Origin: the human T2T-CHM13v2.0 reference genome, Homo sapiens | Length of the DNA: 64,000 bases | Direction: 5' to 3' (one strand) | Assembly (NCBI RefSeq): GCF_009914755.1 | Contig: NC_060941.1 | Part shown: in pieces, positions 19,467-39,642 of the stretch | How the letters are laid out: every line of letters starts with the position of its first letter | How positions within the stretch are numbered: position 1 is the stretch's first letter | Translations under genes and position numbers: made by a program | The notes under the pieces: model-generated | What the model was told of the DNA's origin: nothing | Databases searched by the model: none | What the model saw: only the letters and a program-made list of their open reading frames with translations

Positions 19467-19472
19467 TTTATT
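19467..19472 (-). terminator. CD300LB: Candidate CD300LB polyadenylation signal AATAAA
   Basis: First canonical minus-strand AATAAA I noticed downstream of the stop (~1.8 kb 3' UTR). Usage not verified. Confidence 0.45.
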
Positions 19473-21262
19473 GACTTCCGTCTTTCTCCCTACCCCAGAG
19501 AATGGGCGTATTAGGCAAGCCTTGCTTGTCAGCTTGTGTTGGAACCCCAAGGGGTATTCCTAGAGATGTGTACAAGGGGTGGTGGTGTAAGGGCGTGCGC
19601 GGTGGGTGGTAGTTGGGCAGACAGACAATAGATGCCTACTTTACTCCAGTGGATTCTCCTTAACAGAGCCACGAGAATAACAACCCAGCCACACTAGCTC
19701 CAGAGAGATTGACGGATTCATTGAATATCAACAGGAAGAAACGGTGGGAAAAGAATGACATCACGTTGACAAGCGCCCATGTCCCCTCGCCCCTGAGTCC
19801 AGCTGGTGAAGCACCATGCTTTGGCTTTCCCTCCCGCGGAGCGGTGCCGTCCTCCCTGGGTCTGGTCGGATCTTCGGGAAGCTGGATCCAGGAAAGCATT
19901 CCAGGAGGTAGGGCCCTGGGGCTGGTGGACTGTGGGTCTTGGTCCCTCACAGAATGACTCAGGGGATCTTAGCCGGGCTCGAACTCTCCTCTCTGGCCAT
20001 TATGGAATTTTCAGGCCCATCATTGGCCAGAGACCTAAATTCAGTTCAAAGTCAGAGAAAGTTTCTCTTTGGCTGAAGGACAAGAAGAGGGGAGGCTCTG
20101 GGTGCCATGCTAGGGACCAGAGGGTCCCCTCTCCTTTATCCACTGCTGACAGTCAGTACTCCCTATTAGAACCAAGAGCAGGTTGGAGGCGTCCTCATGG
20201 GTGTTCAAAGGGCAACATGCCGAACATGTGTGGTGTGTTTGCTTGTGGGCAGGTGGGGGCGGGAGCACATCTCACATGGGAAGGTCCCTTTGGTGTGAGG
20301 GTCCCTCAACCATACAGCACAAAGTGACCACATTCAAGGGCCTCATCGCCGTGGGTGAAGCCTGTGAGGAGACAGAACCACTTCCCTAGGACAGTTTTCA
20401 TTAGTAACATGATTTCAACATCACCGAAAAGGGAGGGTGCCATTTCCTGCGATGGTTTTCGTTACTGCCCTCCCCACCTGGAGGTGGTTCTTGAGGCCTG
20501 ACAGGCTCTTTTGGGGAGGAGACCCAAGCTGTCATGCTGAGGAGGCTCCCAAGCTGCAGCCCCTCGGAGGTGGGGGAATAGGCAGGGAGCTTGGGGAGCT
20601 AGGAGGAGGAAGAGGTGGGAGGGGGAGGACAAGCACCGGGCCGGGCCAGGGAGGTTCCCATTGCCTCCTCAGCCCTGTGGACTCAGAGCCATGTCCTCCC
20701 TGGGGACAGGGTCCATCCAGCCCCTCATGCCCTAGAACCAGGAACTCATCCCAGAATCACCCTCCTTGTGTGTGGGATCAGAGAGGTTTCCTATGAACAT
20801 AAGTCATTAAAACCCAACTTTGCTAGAAAAAAAAAAATTTAAAAACACGGATATATCAGGTTCTCAGGCAAAGACGGTGTTGAGTTGGTCTCCGGAATGA
20901 TGGAAGTCTAGGGCTGGGGGGGTCTCCCCCAACCTCTTTCTGTACTTTGGTCCCATGCTCTGTGCCCGAGTTATTCCAGCAGTGGGGACAGAGTCGTCCA
21001 GTGCTTGAGCTCCATCTCTACAGCTCCTGACCAAGAGAACAGGTGCTGGCACCCCAGGAGGTGATGGTGGCTCAGGAGAGGACCTGGCTAAGTCCCTGAG
21101 CTGTGCAGAACAGGGAGGTGCCCACCAGCTCCAAGGCCAGGGCGGAGGCCCAGGGCCCCTATCTCAGTCACTGCATCCCGAGGACTCGTAGATGTTCCTT
21201 CCACAGCCCGAGTCTCTTCTGGAAACGTGGCCAGGGCAGGAAGGCTCTGCAGATCCATCTCT

Positions 21263-21425
21263 CTAAGTGGCCATGTCTTTAGTCAGAGGTTCGGAGAAGT
21301 TCATGTAGATAGGCTGTTCCCCTGGCTCCTCAGGGACCCTCTGAGACCCCTTCAACCAGAGGATGGCAGTGACCAAGATGAGCAAGATGGGCACCTTCAC
21401 AAATACCAGGAGCATGTAGTGGTTC
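21263..21425 (-). CDS. CD300LB: CD300LB exon 4: TM helix with Lys and cytoplasmic YMNF tail
   Basis: ccccag|G AAC CAC...; encodes NHYMLLVFVKVPILLILVTAILWLKGSQRVPEEPGEQPIYMNFSEPLTKDMAT*. Exons sum 40+330+73+163 = 606 nt = 201 aa. Confidence 0.97.
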
Positions 21426-22103
21426 CTGGGGAAGGGGATGCAGTGGTCAGAGCCCTGGGCATCCCCAGGCCATGTCACTCCCATCCCCTGACCCTGTGAG
21501 CCACCAGCCAAAGCCTGTGACCCTGGGCCGGGCAGCCCCACTCTGAAGATTCCTGTAAACCTCCTCCTTGGTTCAACCTCAAGGGGTCCTCCAACAGTCA
21601 CCTTGGCTGGTTTTGCACGGGGCCCATCTTCCTTTCTAACATCACCTTCTGGGACCCTCTTTGCCCAAAGTACATCTCAGCTCAACAGAAGCGCCAGAGG
21701 TCACCAAATACAGGTTGTGTTTCCTGCCTCTGTTCCTGCTAATGCTAGCTCCAGGCTGGTAAATCACCCTTCCTGTTCTGTGTCCCTTGATGTCTTGCAC
21801 CACAGAGGGTGGTATCTTATCTCCCCCTGGCACCCATTAGGCCACCAATGCAAGGTTGACTGATTGACTGGGAGAATGATGCTCACTGAGAAGAGTTCTG
21901 CAGAGCGGTTTTCTGGTGAGAGCTAGAGTGGGGAGATGGTGGATTGCAGTGATGGGGGCAGGAGAGAGATGGAGGGTGGGCTTGGGGCCTTGACTCTGGC
22001 TAGAACAGGTGCTGGCATTTGGTGACAGGCAGGAGTTCCCAGGCTTGGCTTCCCCTTAGGAGGGACCCCAGGTAGGGGCAGGAGAAAGAACCACATGACT
22101 CAC

Positions 22104-22176
22104 CTCTTGTGGGAGCCGATGAACACTGCCATATTGCTGTTGGTAGGTGAGCTTGCTGTTGTGGAAGCCGCTCCCT
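22104..22176 (-). CDS. CD300LB: CD300LB exon 3 (stalk)
   Basis: tctag|AG GGA GCG...AAG AG|gtgag; 73 nt, (E)GAASTTASSPTNSNMAVFIGSHK(R); phases match the flanking exons. Confidence 0.96.
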
Positions 22177-22832
22177 CTAGACACAGGCAAAGTCAGCCAT
22201 GGGTTATTAGCACAGTTGGGAGCTCATGCATGGGTCACAAAGCCACGCGACCCTGCCAGCCCTCACCAGAAGACCCTTTTCCCTGGAGTAGGAGGATTTT
22301 TCTCTCCTGCTACAGCCCCTCATGCTTCTACTGAGTCACTTCAATCTCAACACACAGACATTTTTCCTCATCATGTTCAGATGTGGCAAGAAAAATTAAA
22401 AATTAAACAGGAGTAAACACTGTAGTTTATTCTGGGAGAGAGAGGTTTTTTCATACTTTCTTTCCACCTATCCTGCAAGTGGGACTATTGGATGGGGAAA
22501 TAAATTTCTGGTCTTTTCCACTGGAGTGGTGCCTGAGCAGGGCTTAAGGAGAGAAGATTCTGGAAATGGGCTGTCCAGAAATTGGGGTAGTCCAGAAAAA
22601 GGGAAAGGGGACTCCAGAAGGCTCATGAAGAAAAGGGCACACTCCAGTTAACTAGAGAACATCGACTATGAGAAACGGAACATTTTTAGGAGCAACCATA
22701 TAGGCAATTTGTTGGGGGCAGTCTGGTCAGGGGGGCCCTGAGCCCAGCCCAGCACTGAGTATCCATGACCCAACAGTGATCTTTTATTTCAGTCCTCGGC
22801 CCCAGCAAATTTTTCTCAAAGGTCCCAGGCTG

Positions 22833-23154
22833 TCCAGGCACGGTGGTTCACGCCTGTAATCCCAGCACTTTGGAAGACCAAGGGAGGCAGATCGCTTGAG
22901 GCCAGGAGTTTGAAACCAGCCTGGGCAACATGGTGAAATCCCATCTCTACAAAAAATACAAAATGAACCAGGCGTGGTCATGTGCCCCTGTAGTCCCAGC
23001 TACTCAGGAAGCTGAAGTGGAAGGATTGATTGAGCCCAGGAGGTCGAGGCTGCAGTGAGTCAAGTTCACCCCGCTGCACTCCAGCCTGGGCTACAGACTG
23101 AAACCCTGTCTCAAAAAACAAACAAAACAAAACAAAACAAAACAAAACAAAAAA
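22833..23154 (+). mobile_element. Alu (J-type) in CD300LB intron 2
   Basis: Alu body with an (AAAAC)n tail and TSD GTCCCAGGCT. Confidence 0.92.
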
Positions 23155-24131
23155 GTCCCAGGCTTTGGCCACACTAGGTGGGCTCCTGTCTGAGCTGCAG
23201 GTAATTCCAATCACAACAGTTCCTATGGAGCCCCTGATCGTTTTACAGGCTGGTACCCCTGTAGATCCCCCACCCAAGACTCCGGAACATCTCTCTCCCT
23301 AAAGCTCCACACTGGCCACTGTTTTTTGTCTCTTTGTACCGCCTGCATGTCTTGCTCAATCCCCTCTCTGCCCCCATAGATATTCTGGGTTTCCCCTACT
23401 TGGCAGCCCTGGGGAAGTCTTGCTTGACCCTTTCTGGACTCCTCTTTACTCAGCTGCAGCCACTGTGTCCATGTGCCTCTTTGGTCCCAACCCCAACAGT
23501 ACACAGGCTTGTTCTAAAGCCGGCATTGTCTATTTCCACATCACCACCAAATGGACCCGAGTGGACACTGAGCTGATGAAGTACTGAGTAGGGGTGTGCG
23601 GGTGGAAGTGGGGGTTGGGGGCTGCTTCCCAGACTCCAGCAACAGCAGCAGGATGACCCCAGAGTCTATCAGTAGAGTCCAAGGCATGGAGGAGAAGCCA
23701 GGGCACCCAGAGTGGTCCCTGACGTTGCCCGTGATGGAAGCCATCCTTTTGCTTTAAAGCGTCCACTGTCACCCATGCACCTCCCTGGGGCTTTCTTACC
23801 CCGTGCTCATCTTACACAGCCAGATAAAGTAGCGGAGCAGGTGGCTGGGGACCTAGAGAGGAGGGTGTTGTAAGACACCCAGAGCTACTCTGGGTTGGTG
23901 CAGTTAGTGGGACTCAATACTAGGACCCCCTGGGCAGCTCTAGGTTCCTTCTCTGCCATGTCATGAGCAGGGCTGGGCCACCAGTCACCAAAGCTGAGGT
24001 CCCCATTCCCACCCCCATCCCAAGCCCCACCTGGATTCCTTGGAGAGACCTCAGGGACTGAGATAGCAGAGCGATGCTGGCCACCACTCTCCCTTAGTTT
24101 CTGTCACCTCCTTCCCAGTCAGTTTGTCTGC

Positions 24132-24165
<34 letters not shown>

Positions 24166-24272
24166 TAGGCTCACCATCATTCCCTTTCAGCCTTGGAGGG
24201 GAGCAGGTAAGAGCACTGACTTTCCCAGCCCTGAGCTCCAGGGCCTCCTTGTGTAGATGAGAAAGTTCTTAC

Positions 24273-24602
24273 CTGGGTCAACGATCACTTTCACTTGAGT
24301 CCCAAGGTCAGGTCCTCTTCTTTCAATCCCACACCAGTAAACATCTGCGTCATCTCGCCTGAGCCCCTCCATGGTCACAGTGAACGTGCGGTCTTTCTGA
24401 TTGTCCTTGATGGACACACGGTCACTCTTCTCTCCTTGCTCCGACCCTCTGGTTTCAATGAGGATCTTGCATGTATCCCAGCGCACCCCTCGGCACCACC
24501 ACTTAATGTAGGTCTCCCATCCTTGCTTATAGTGGCATTGAACCGTCAGGGACCCCTGCTCTGGGGCTCTCACAGACTCTGGGCCTTGGATGGAGAAACA
24601 GC
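24273..24602 (-). CDS. CD300LB: CD300LB exon 2 (IgV domain)
   Basis: ttttccag|GC TGT TTC...GAC CCA G|gtaag; 330 nt; CFSIQGPESVRAPEQGSLTVQCHY...WWC...DADVYWCG. Confidence 0.98.
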
Positions 24603-24900
24603 CTGGAAAACAGAATCCCAAGATACAGCTCATTGCACCGGCACGAACCCCTGCTCTGGGGCTCTCACGGACTCTGGGCCTTGGATGGAGAAACAGCCTG
24701 GAAAACAAAATCCCAAGATACAGCTCCTGTTGCCTGAGCCAGTTTGGTGTTTAAGAGTCCCGAGTGTGTCTCTAGCACACCCGATTCCTCATCCCCATCT
24801 CCCTCTCAGTCCATTCCCCCACCAGCTTCTAGACCTGCTTAGCATGTGACACCATGGTCTCCTACCACCTTCTTTCCTTGTCCTCTCAATGCTGTTTTCA

Positions 24901-25266
<366 letters not shown>

Positions 25267-26317
25267 TTAATATTTGCCAAATTCCATAGTGTAAATACTC
25301 CCACGGTGGCAGATGTCAGGTAATCCATGTGATGTCACTGGACACAGAGCTGGGAAAAGATGTCCCAAGCCAGCTCCTGTGAGCCAGCCCCAGCACACTG
25401 CGGGGGTACCCAGGGTTCCCTCTCCAGCCTTCATCTTGTCTCACCTGACAAGCCTCCATGGAGGGAGTCTCTCCATTTCCATGGCTTTAATGATTACCTG
25501 TTTCCTGATGATTCCCAAATCCATATTTGCAGCTCAGACTCCCCTTAGCTAGCCCACCATTTACAAAGACACACTGGATGTCTCCACCCCAGATTCCTTC
25601 GTTGCAGAATTGAATGCACTTCCTCTCCCACCCTGAACTACTCTTCTTCAGTATTTTTTTCTAGTGGAGCAATTGGATGTGGCAAGAGTAACAAAGGCCT
25701 GGTGAAAGCTGAACAGGTTAGAGGTGAGCATAATCAAATGGCAGTCCGTGCCTCCGCTGATTGACTCCAGTTAGGCTGTGTGTAGATAGGCTCTTTCCTT
25801 GGCAATGACACGGGTTTCTTGATCACGCAGAAGTGGATAAACAGGCAGAGAATCACAGGGGAAGCCTCTCTTGACTGTCTCTTGGCCTCAGAGCTTCAGG
25901 CCCAGGCCAGGGGTCTCTGCAGGGTGGAGAAAGCCAGGTCTATTTCTCCAGGCAGATGCCGCCTCCTCACAGCTTGGGCCTTCTCCTTGAAGCTGTGTTA
26001 GTTTTCTTGAACTTTGCATTCGTGGTTGGTAGAATAATGTCCCCCATAGCTGTTGGCATCCTCATACACAGAACCTGCGAATATGTCCCCTGACATGGCC
26101 AGAGGGACTCTGCCGATGTGATGAAGTTAAGGACCTTGAGACAGGAAGAATATCCCGAATAATCTCCATGGATATTCTAAGTGAAAGAGGGTTGAGGGAG
26201 AGTCCAATTGGAAGATGGTCTGTTGCTGCTTTGAAGTGGAAGAAGAGGCCACCGGCCAAGGAAAGCAGATGGCTTCTAGAAGCTGGAAAATGCAGGGAAA
26301 CAGATTCTCCCCTAGAA

Positions 26318-26841
26318 TAGGGGTTCCCAACCCCAGGACAACAGACTAGTAACAGCCCATGGCCTGTTAGGAACCGGACCTTACAGCAGGAGGTGAGCGG
26401 TGGGCAAGCAAGCGAAGCTTCATCTGTATTTACAGCCACTCCCCGTTGTTCAAACTACCACCTGATCTCCGCCTCCCATCAGACCAGCGGCCGCATTAGA
26501 TTCTCATAGAAGTGAGAACCCTATTGTGAACTTCGTGTGTGAGGGATCTAGATTGCACACACTTTATGAGACTCTAATGCCTGATGATGTGTCACTGTCT
26601 CCCATCACCCCCAGATGGGATCATCTAGTTGCAGGTAAACAAGCTTAGGGCTCCCACTGATTCTACATTATGGTGCAGTGTATAATCATTTCATTATATA
26701 TTATAATATAATAGTAATATAAAGTATACAATAAGTGTAATGCGTTTGAATCATCCCAAACCATCCTCACCCCACTCCTGATGTGGAAAAATTGTCTTCC
26801 ACAAAACCGGATCCTGGTGCCAAAAAGGTTGGGGACCACTG
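26318..26841. mobile_element. MER1A-like hAT-Charlie DNA transposon inside an MLT1 LTR remnant
   Basis: Terminal inverted repeats AGGGGTTCCCAACC ... GGTTGGGGACCACTG, ~525 bp. Flanks resemble MLT1 (~26020-26317, ~26842-26995). Confidence 0.8.
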
Positions 26842-27375
26842 CTCTAAAGAAACCCAACCCTACTTGCACCTCAATTTTAACCAGTAAGACCACGCCAGGC
26901 TCTGGTCTTCAGAAGCATCAATGAGATGATGAAATTGTGCAGTTCTAAGCCATAGAGTTCATGTTAATTTGTTACAGCAGCCACTGGAAATTCACATGGC
27001 ATTCAATCAGCAGAACCAACTTGATTCTCTTCAAACCAGCAGCTCCACCACCCAGCCTTCAGGAAGAGCTTGGCATCTTCTTTCATGCTGTCCTCTCCTT
27101 CAGCCCCCGAGCTGATTGGTAGCCAGTTTAGTCAGCTCTATCCTAGAGATGCTCCTCAGTTTTTTTTTTTCTTCTTTCAGTCTCTGCCATCGCAGGCCAC
27201 AAGGACAGCATGACATCAGAGAGAGTGTGAGCTTTGATGCAGAAAGACTTGACACTGAACTAGTTGGGAAACCCTGGCAGAGTTGCTTAACCTCTGCAAG
27301 TATCGCTTCCTTATTCATAAGACAGTCATGCTACGCTCTACTTTGAAGGTGGTAATAGGACTTGGATGTGTGTAG

Positions 27376-29722
<2,347 letters not shown>

Positions 29723-29831
29723 TGACTTCACAAAGCCACCTCTCATTTCCCTGGATGTGGAAGGACAAATGCCCTCTGCCTCCTGCCCTGCCCCTGTCAT
29801 ACCAAGCGCCCAAGGCCCCAGCCCCACTCAC

Positions 29832-29871
29832 CTGAGAGGCTGAGAAGGAGCAGAGCAGGGGGCAGCCACAT
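29832..29871 (-). CDS. CD300LB: CD300LB exon 1 (signal peptide)
   Basis: ATG TGG CTG CCC...CTC TCA G|gtgag = MWLPPALLLLSLS(G). An in-frame upstream ATG sits at 29980-29982. Confidence 0.96.
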
Positions 29872-30011
29872 GGCTCTGCCTTCCCGGCTCCTCGTCCGCC
29901 TGATCTGCAACCAGTGGCAAATGCAGATCCCAGATGCACTCTGGAAGTTCTGCCTGAGCTCTGGCTTGCACCTTCTGCACATCTAGACCGCCTTTGACTT
30001 TCTTACTCATT

Positions 30012-30046
30012 CACTTCCTTTTATAGAGTGGGTAGTTCCTGCTTTT
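30012..30046 (-). promoter_or_regulatory. CD300LB: CD300LB core promoter: TATAAAA fused to an ETS/PU.1-like GGAAGTG
   Basis: The minus strand reads CTATAAAAGGAAGTGA (TATA at 30025-30019), with a second AAAAGCAGGAACT just upstream. Confidence 0.6.
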
Positions 30047-30494
30047 AATTATTAAACGAAAGAGGTGTCATTTTTTGGCAGGGCTGCGCCACAGGGCTTA
30101 AGCATCGTCACTATGTAAAAAAGAGGAGGGAGGGGACTGTGCAGGGTCTTTAGGGTAGGGGGAGATACGTCTGCAGAAGGGGTGGGGTGGGGGGCGTCTG
30201 GCCTAGCAGGCCTTGGGTCCAAGGGGTATAACACTCTGGGAGTCAATTTCAGAGCTGTTCTATACCACAGTGAACACCCAACTCAGATGTCGGATGGGTC
30301 ATGCTGGGCACACCTGAACATGCATTTGTTCAGGTGTTATAGCCAAGTGCATAAACATGCAGACTGTTGGGTCAGACAGACCTGGCTCTAACCCCACGAG
30401 CACCACCTACAAGCTGCGTGACTGTGGACAATGCAATCAACATCTCTGTGCCTCAGTTATTGTATCTATTAACTGGGCTCATAATGTTTGTTGT

Positions 30495-31115
30495 TGTTAT
30501 AGGAGTTATTAAGAAATTATTTTAGGTAGATAGGAAAAGGGGTGCTTGGGAAGATTTTTTTTTCTTTTAAAGCAGCTCCATAAATGTTTCTTGTCTAGAA
30601 GAAAAGCCCTGGCTCTTAGAGCTGGGCAGGCAAGCTTTGATATGCAAATACAGGCCATTAGAAACTGCGTCCACCCAAACATGGAGACTCCCGCCTCTTC
30701 TTCTTTTCCCCACGTTCCTGGCAACATGGCCGCCCCTACATACACCCATGTGTGTAGAACATCATGGCGCCTGTATTTGCATATTAAAAGGCTAGGGTAG
30801 GAAGGCTAGTTTTTTCGTGGGCTACTTGAATGACATACCTGGTCAAACCAATCCCCTGGGCCCTATGCAAATCAGGTACCGCCTCCTCCAGCCTCCTCAT
30901 ATAACTGGCTGTTTTCCACCGTACTCGAGGTTCCCTCTTTCAGCTTGGAGCCCGCCTCCCTCAGTCTCAGAACAGGGGGAGCCTCTTCCTTCCTTCTTTC
31001 TTGTCTATTAAATTCTCCACTCCTTAAAACCACTCCACGTGTGCCCATGTTGTTTTATTCAAACCAGTGGGAGACCAAGGACCCTAGTGTTCCTCCAGTC
31101 ATCAGAGCCATACCA
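30495..31115 (+). mobile_element. ERV1 5' LTR (LTR9/HUERS-P3-like)
   Basis: TG...CA-bounded ~620 bp element followed directly by a PBS. Octamer motifs at 30642, 30775 and 30865. Family assigned from memory. Confidence 0.7.
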
Positions 31116-31118
31116 TTT

Positions 31119-33220
<2,102 letters not shown>

Positions 33221-33269
33221 ACTCCAACCTGGGTGACAGAATGAGGCTTCATCTAAAAAAATTAATATA

Positions 33270-36620
<3,351 letters not shown>

Positions 36621-36764
36621 GCATGTATTCTTTTGTGTGTCTGATACATCACAAGAAAAAAGCCTCCAAATCTTCTGATAGAAACATGGATTTGTTGGTC
36701 AGAAGGCCATTCCCATATGTAAGAGGGAGTATGTTGCTTGGCGCGGTATTGATGGGCATCAGAG

Positions 36765-36912
36765 TTACTGTTTCTCACAATCCAGCTGACTCTGCCTCCC
36801 CACCGAGCTTCTCTGAGCCCTGTTCACCCACAGGACAGCCCCCAGCTTGTTTAGGAGCAGGGGAAGCTCCAGGAGGATCAGGAGCAGGATGTGGAGACTG
36901 CTGAGGAGGGAC
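36765..36912 (-). other. Orphan CD300C-like transmembrane/tail exon (intact frame and acceptor)
   Basis: cccacag|G TCC CTC CTC...CAG TAA; 148 nt, same length and phase as CD300C exon 4; [48 protein letters not shown]. Confidence 0.85.
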
Positions 36913-39642
36913 CTGTGGGGACACGGTGACAGGCAGTGAGTTACCTCCCCAGGGGAAGACCTGGTGCCCTCCACCTTGCCCCTATCTCCAGTGCCAAGGT
37001 ACTGTGGGCACAAAAATCAAGAACTAACCTGGACATAGCAGCCAGATACATAAGACCAATGGCCTCTAATTATCACCCTAAGAATTGCCTTGAGATTCAG
37101 GGCTGTGGGCTGAGGCAGGGCAGGGCGATAGCAGCAATGTGAGGGGACACCCAGGGACCTGGTAGGACCTGAATCCACAAGAATCTCTACCAAAGCCCTT
37201 TGTGTGCAGGAGCAGACTCTTCAGAGGTGCAGGAATCAATAACCTGGATATCTGTCGAATGCCTGCTCCTCTCCAGATGGCATTTCCCACAAAGGCAGGA
37301 GCCCTGTCTAGTCCTCTTCACAGATAAACTGGCACCTGCCCTGTGGCTGCAAACATCTATCTGTAAAATTTATGGTTGTTGAGCGGCGGCTGCTAGTGTC
37401 TGTCCTGGGTCCACTGTGATGGCCAGGTGCCTCCCAGGGAACAGACATGTTGGACAGGCCTTCCCAGGAGGCGGGAACCCAGGTCTGTCCACACTCAGAA
37501 TGGCTGGTTCTCCTGACATGATGGGCTCAGGGTGTCTTTACCCTGGAAAGGGCAAGGAGGCTAGTCAGATACAGGATTTGCCTCCTGTCTGTCCCGGAGG
37601 GCATCACCCCTTCTCCACCTTCTCATGCCTTAAGCATATTCCTTGACTCTCCCAACCCTCTTACAGATTTCCGTTCCTTTCTTCCTATCATGCCCAATAG
37701 CACCAGAGGCCGAGCGGAGAGTGACAGGGGAATCTTGGTGGACCTGGCACCATGAAGGGGTCACTGCACCCTTGTCCTGCCCAGCCCTCCCTTCATTTAC
37801 ACTCTCAGGGACAGTGTGCACTGCAGTCATTGGTGCTGATGCCCCCGACTCACATCATGGGACTGTCGCCAGCCCAATGCAATCCCGGGCCTTCCCACCT
37901 GCCCAGTGTTCAGGTCTGACCTTGACCCAGCTTGGCAGTAGCTGGCCCTGCCACGGGGACCTGACCTGGTCTCCCCTTCTGCTCTTACTCATCCCTTTCA
38001 TTCTCCCCACAATCAGCAATGTGACCCCTGACACACACACACGGCCCTGGGGAGGCACTGCTGAACTCCCAATGGCTCCTGCTGTCACAGGATGGCACCC
38101 ACCTGACCTGGCCTCTGCACACAGGTCCTGGCAGCCCCTATCACCCGGCAAGTGGCTCCAACCTCCTGGCTCCAGGTTCACCTCGGTGCTGCCACCCTCC
38201 CGACTCGGGTCTTTGTCCAGACCCTCAACCTCCCACTCCTCTGCCTGCCTCCAGCTGACAGGTTTGCCTGCGTGTTCCTTGACCTTCCTGGGTTATGGTG
38301 GCTTCCTTTTTAGGGGTCCTCATGACCCATTTCACATTTCCCTCTTGTGTTTATCACTGTTTTGTTGGTGGGTTTCGTCTGGACTGGTAGCTCATGGAGA
38401 ACCAGGGCAGTATCTTGTCCTGATCACAGCTGTGACTTGCTGTCATCCTGGGGTCTGCCAAGGGCAAGTCAACAAATTGCTTGTTGAATGAATGAATGAA
38501 TGCATGACTCTCTCGAGTCTTACCTGCCTTCAGAAAACTTAATTGTCTGATGCTGGTGTGCCATATCCAGCTCAGGCTGGGGAGGAGACAGAGAATGCTA
38601 TCTGCAGGCCCTGGAGCCACTGGATCCAGAGAGGGATCTGCTTCCTGTGTTTTCCAGATCCAAGTCTAAGATGCCCCCCTGGCAGGACACATGCACCTGC
38701 TGCTCTCTCTGCCTCAGGGCTCCTCCTCCAGGGATCCTGGCGCTCACCCCCCTCCTTTCTCCTGATCCCTGCTTGCTCAGCGCCTATTAGAGGGGCTTCA
38801 TCACAGACCCCTCCACTCCTGCAAAGCAGTCACCCCACTTCTCTTATTTTACTCCGTGGCTCTTTTCACCTCTGTCTTTTACATTACCTCTGGAACATAT
38901 TCATGTATTTTTGCATTTGTTTATCATTTCTATCCCCCACCTGGAATATGGGCTCAGTGTAAACAGAGCTCCTTGCCTGGGTGTTCACGGCTGGACTCCA
39001 ATGCCAGGTCAGTGTCTGATACACCAAAAGCTCCCATAAGCATCTGCCGAATGGAAAAAAGGGTTAAGAACCCCCCAGGCGAGGCCCTCCTTGACCAGGA
39101 GGACTCATGGGAATCATCTGCCTCACAGGGGTCTTGGGTGTTGGCCAGGTCATCATGGCGACCCTGGAACTGAAATGGTGGGCAAATGATAACATCTTTC
39201 GTCTGTATAGACAGACATGGTCTACACTACTGAGCAAAAGACTCACTTAACTACCACATCAAGGAGTCATAGCCCTCCATCCGTTTCCAAATTTGCACCA
39301 GTTAAAACCCACAGCCCTGGAATGAAGGAGAGGTCAGGTCCCCTTGAAGAAGGAGGAAGGGTAGGCCTGGTTATGCTACCACAGTTCACACTGAGAATCT
39401 TCTACCAGCTCTCCCAGAGGGACCTAAAGACACTGGCCAGGATGTGTCTACCTGAAGGAGGGAATAGTCAGGCTTTGGGGGAAATTCTGGATCCTTTTCT
39501 GCAGGGACCCCCATTCCGAGAGGCCTAACATGGGGCTTGGTCCACTATTCTCAGCAAAGGCCTGTGGAAATCAGGGAACAATGGATTTCTCACTCAGGTC
39601 TGACTGAGTGGGCCTGATACATCCCAAACCTACACATTGTCA

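Noticed and set aside
23541-23744. GVILLLLLES hydrophobic stretch resembling a CD300 TM exon
   Set aside because: Too short, lacks the LPLLL...LW motif, and has no convincing acceptor.
37643-38491. 282-aa plus-strand ORF with a paralog at 45866-46255
   Set aside because: No recognisable domain, GC-rich flank, non-ATG start, and the frame is not preserved over the same length in the duplicate.
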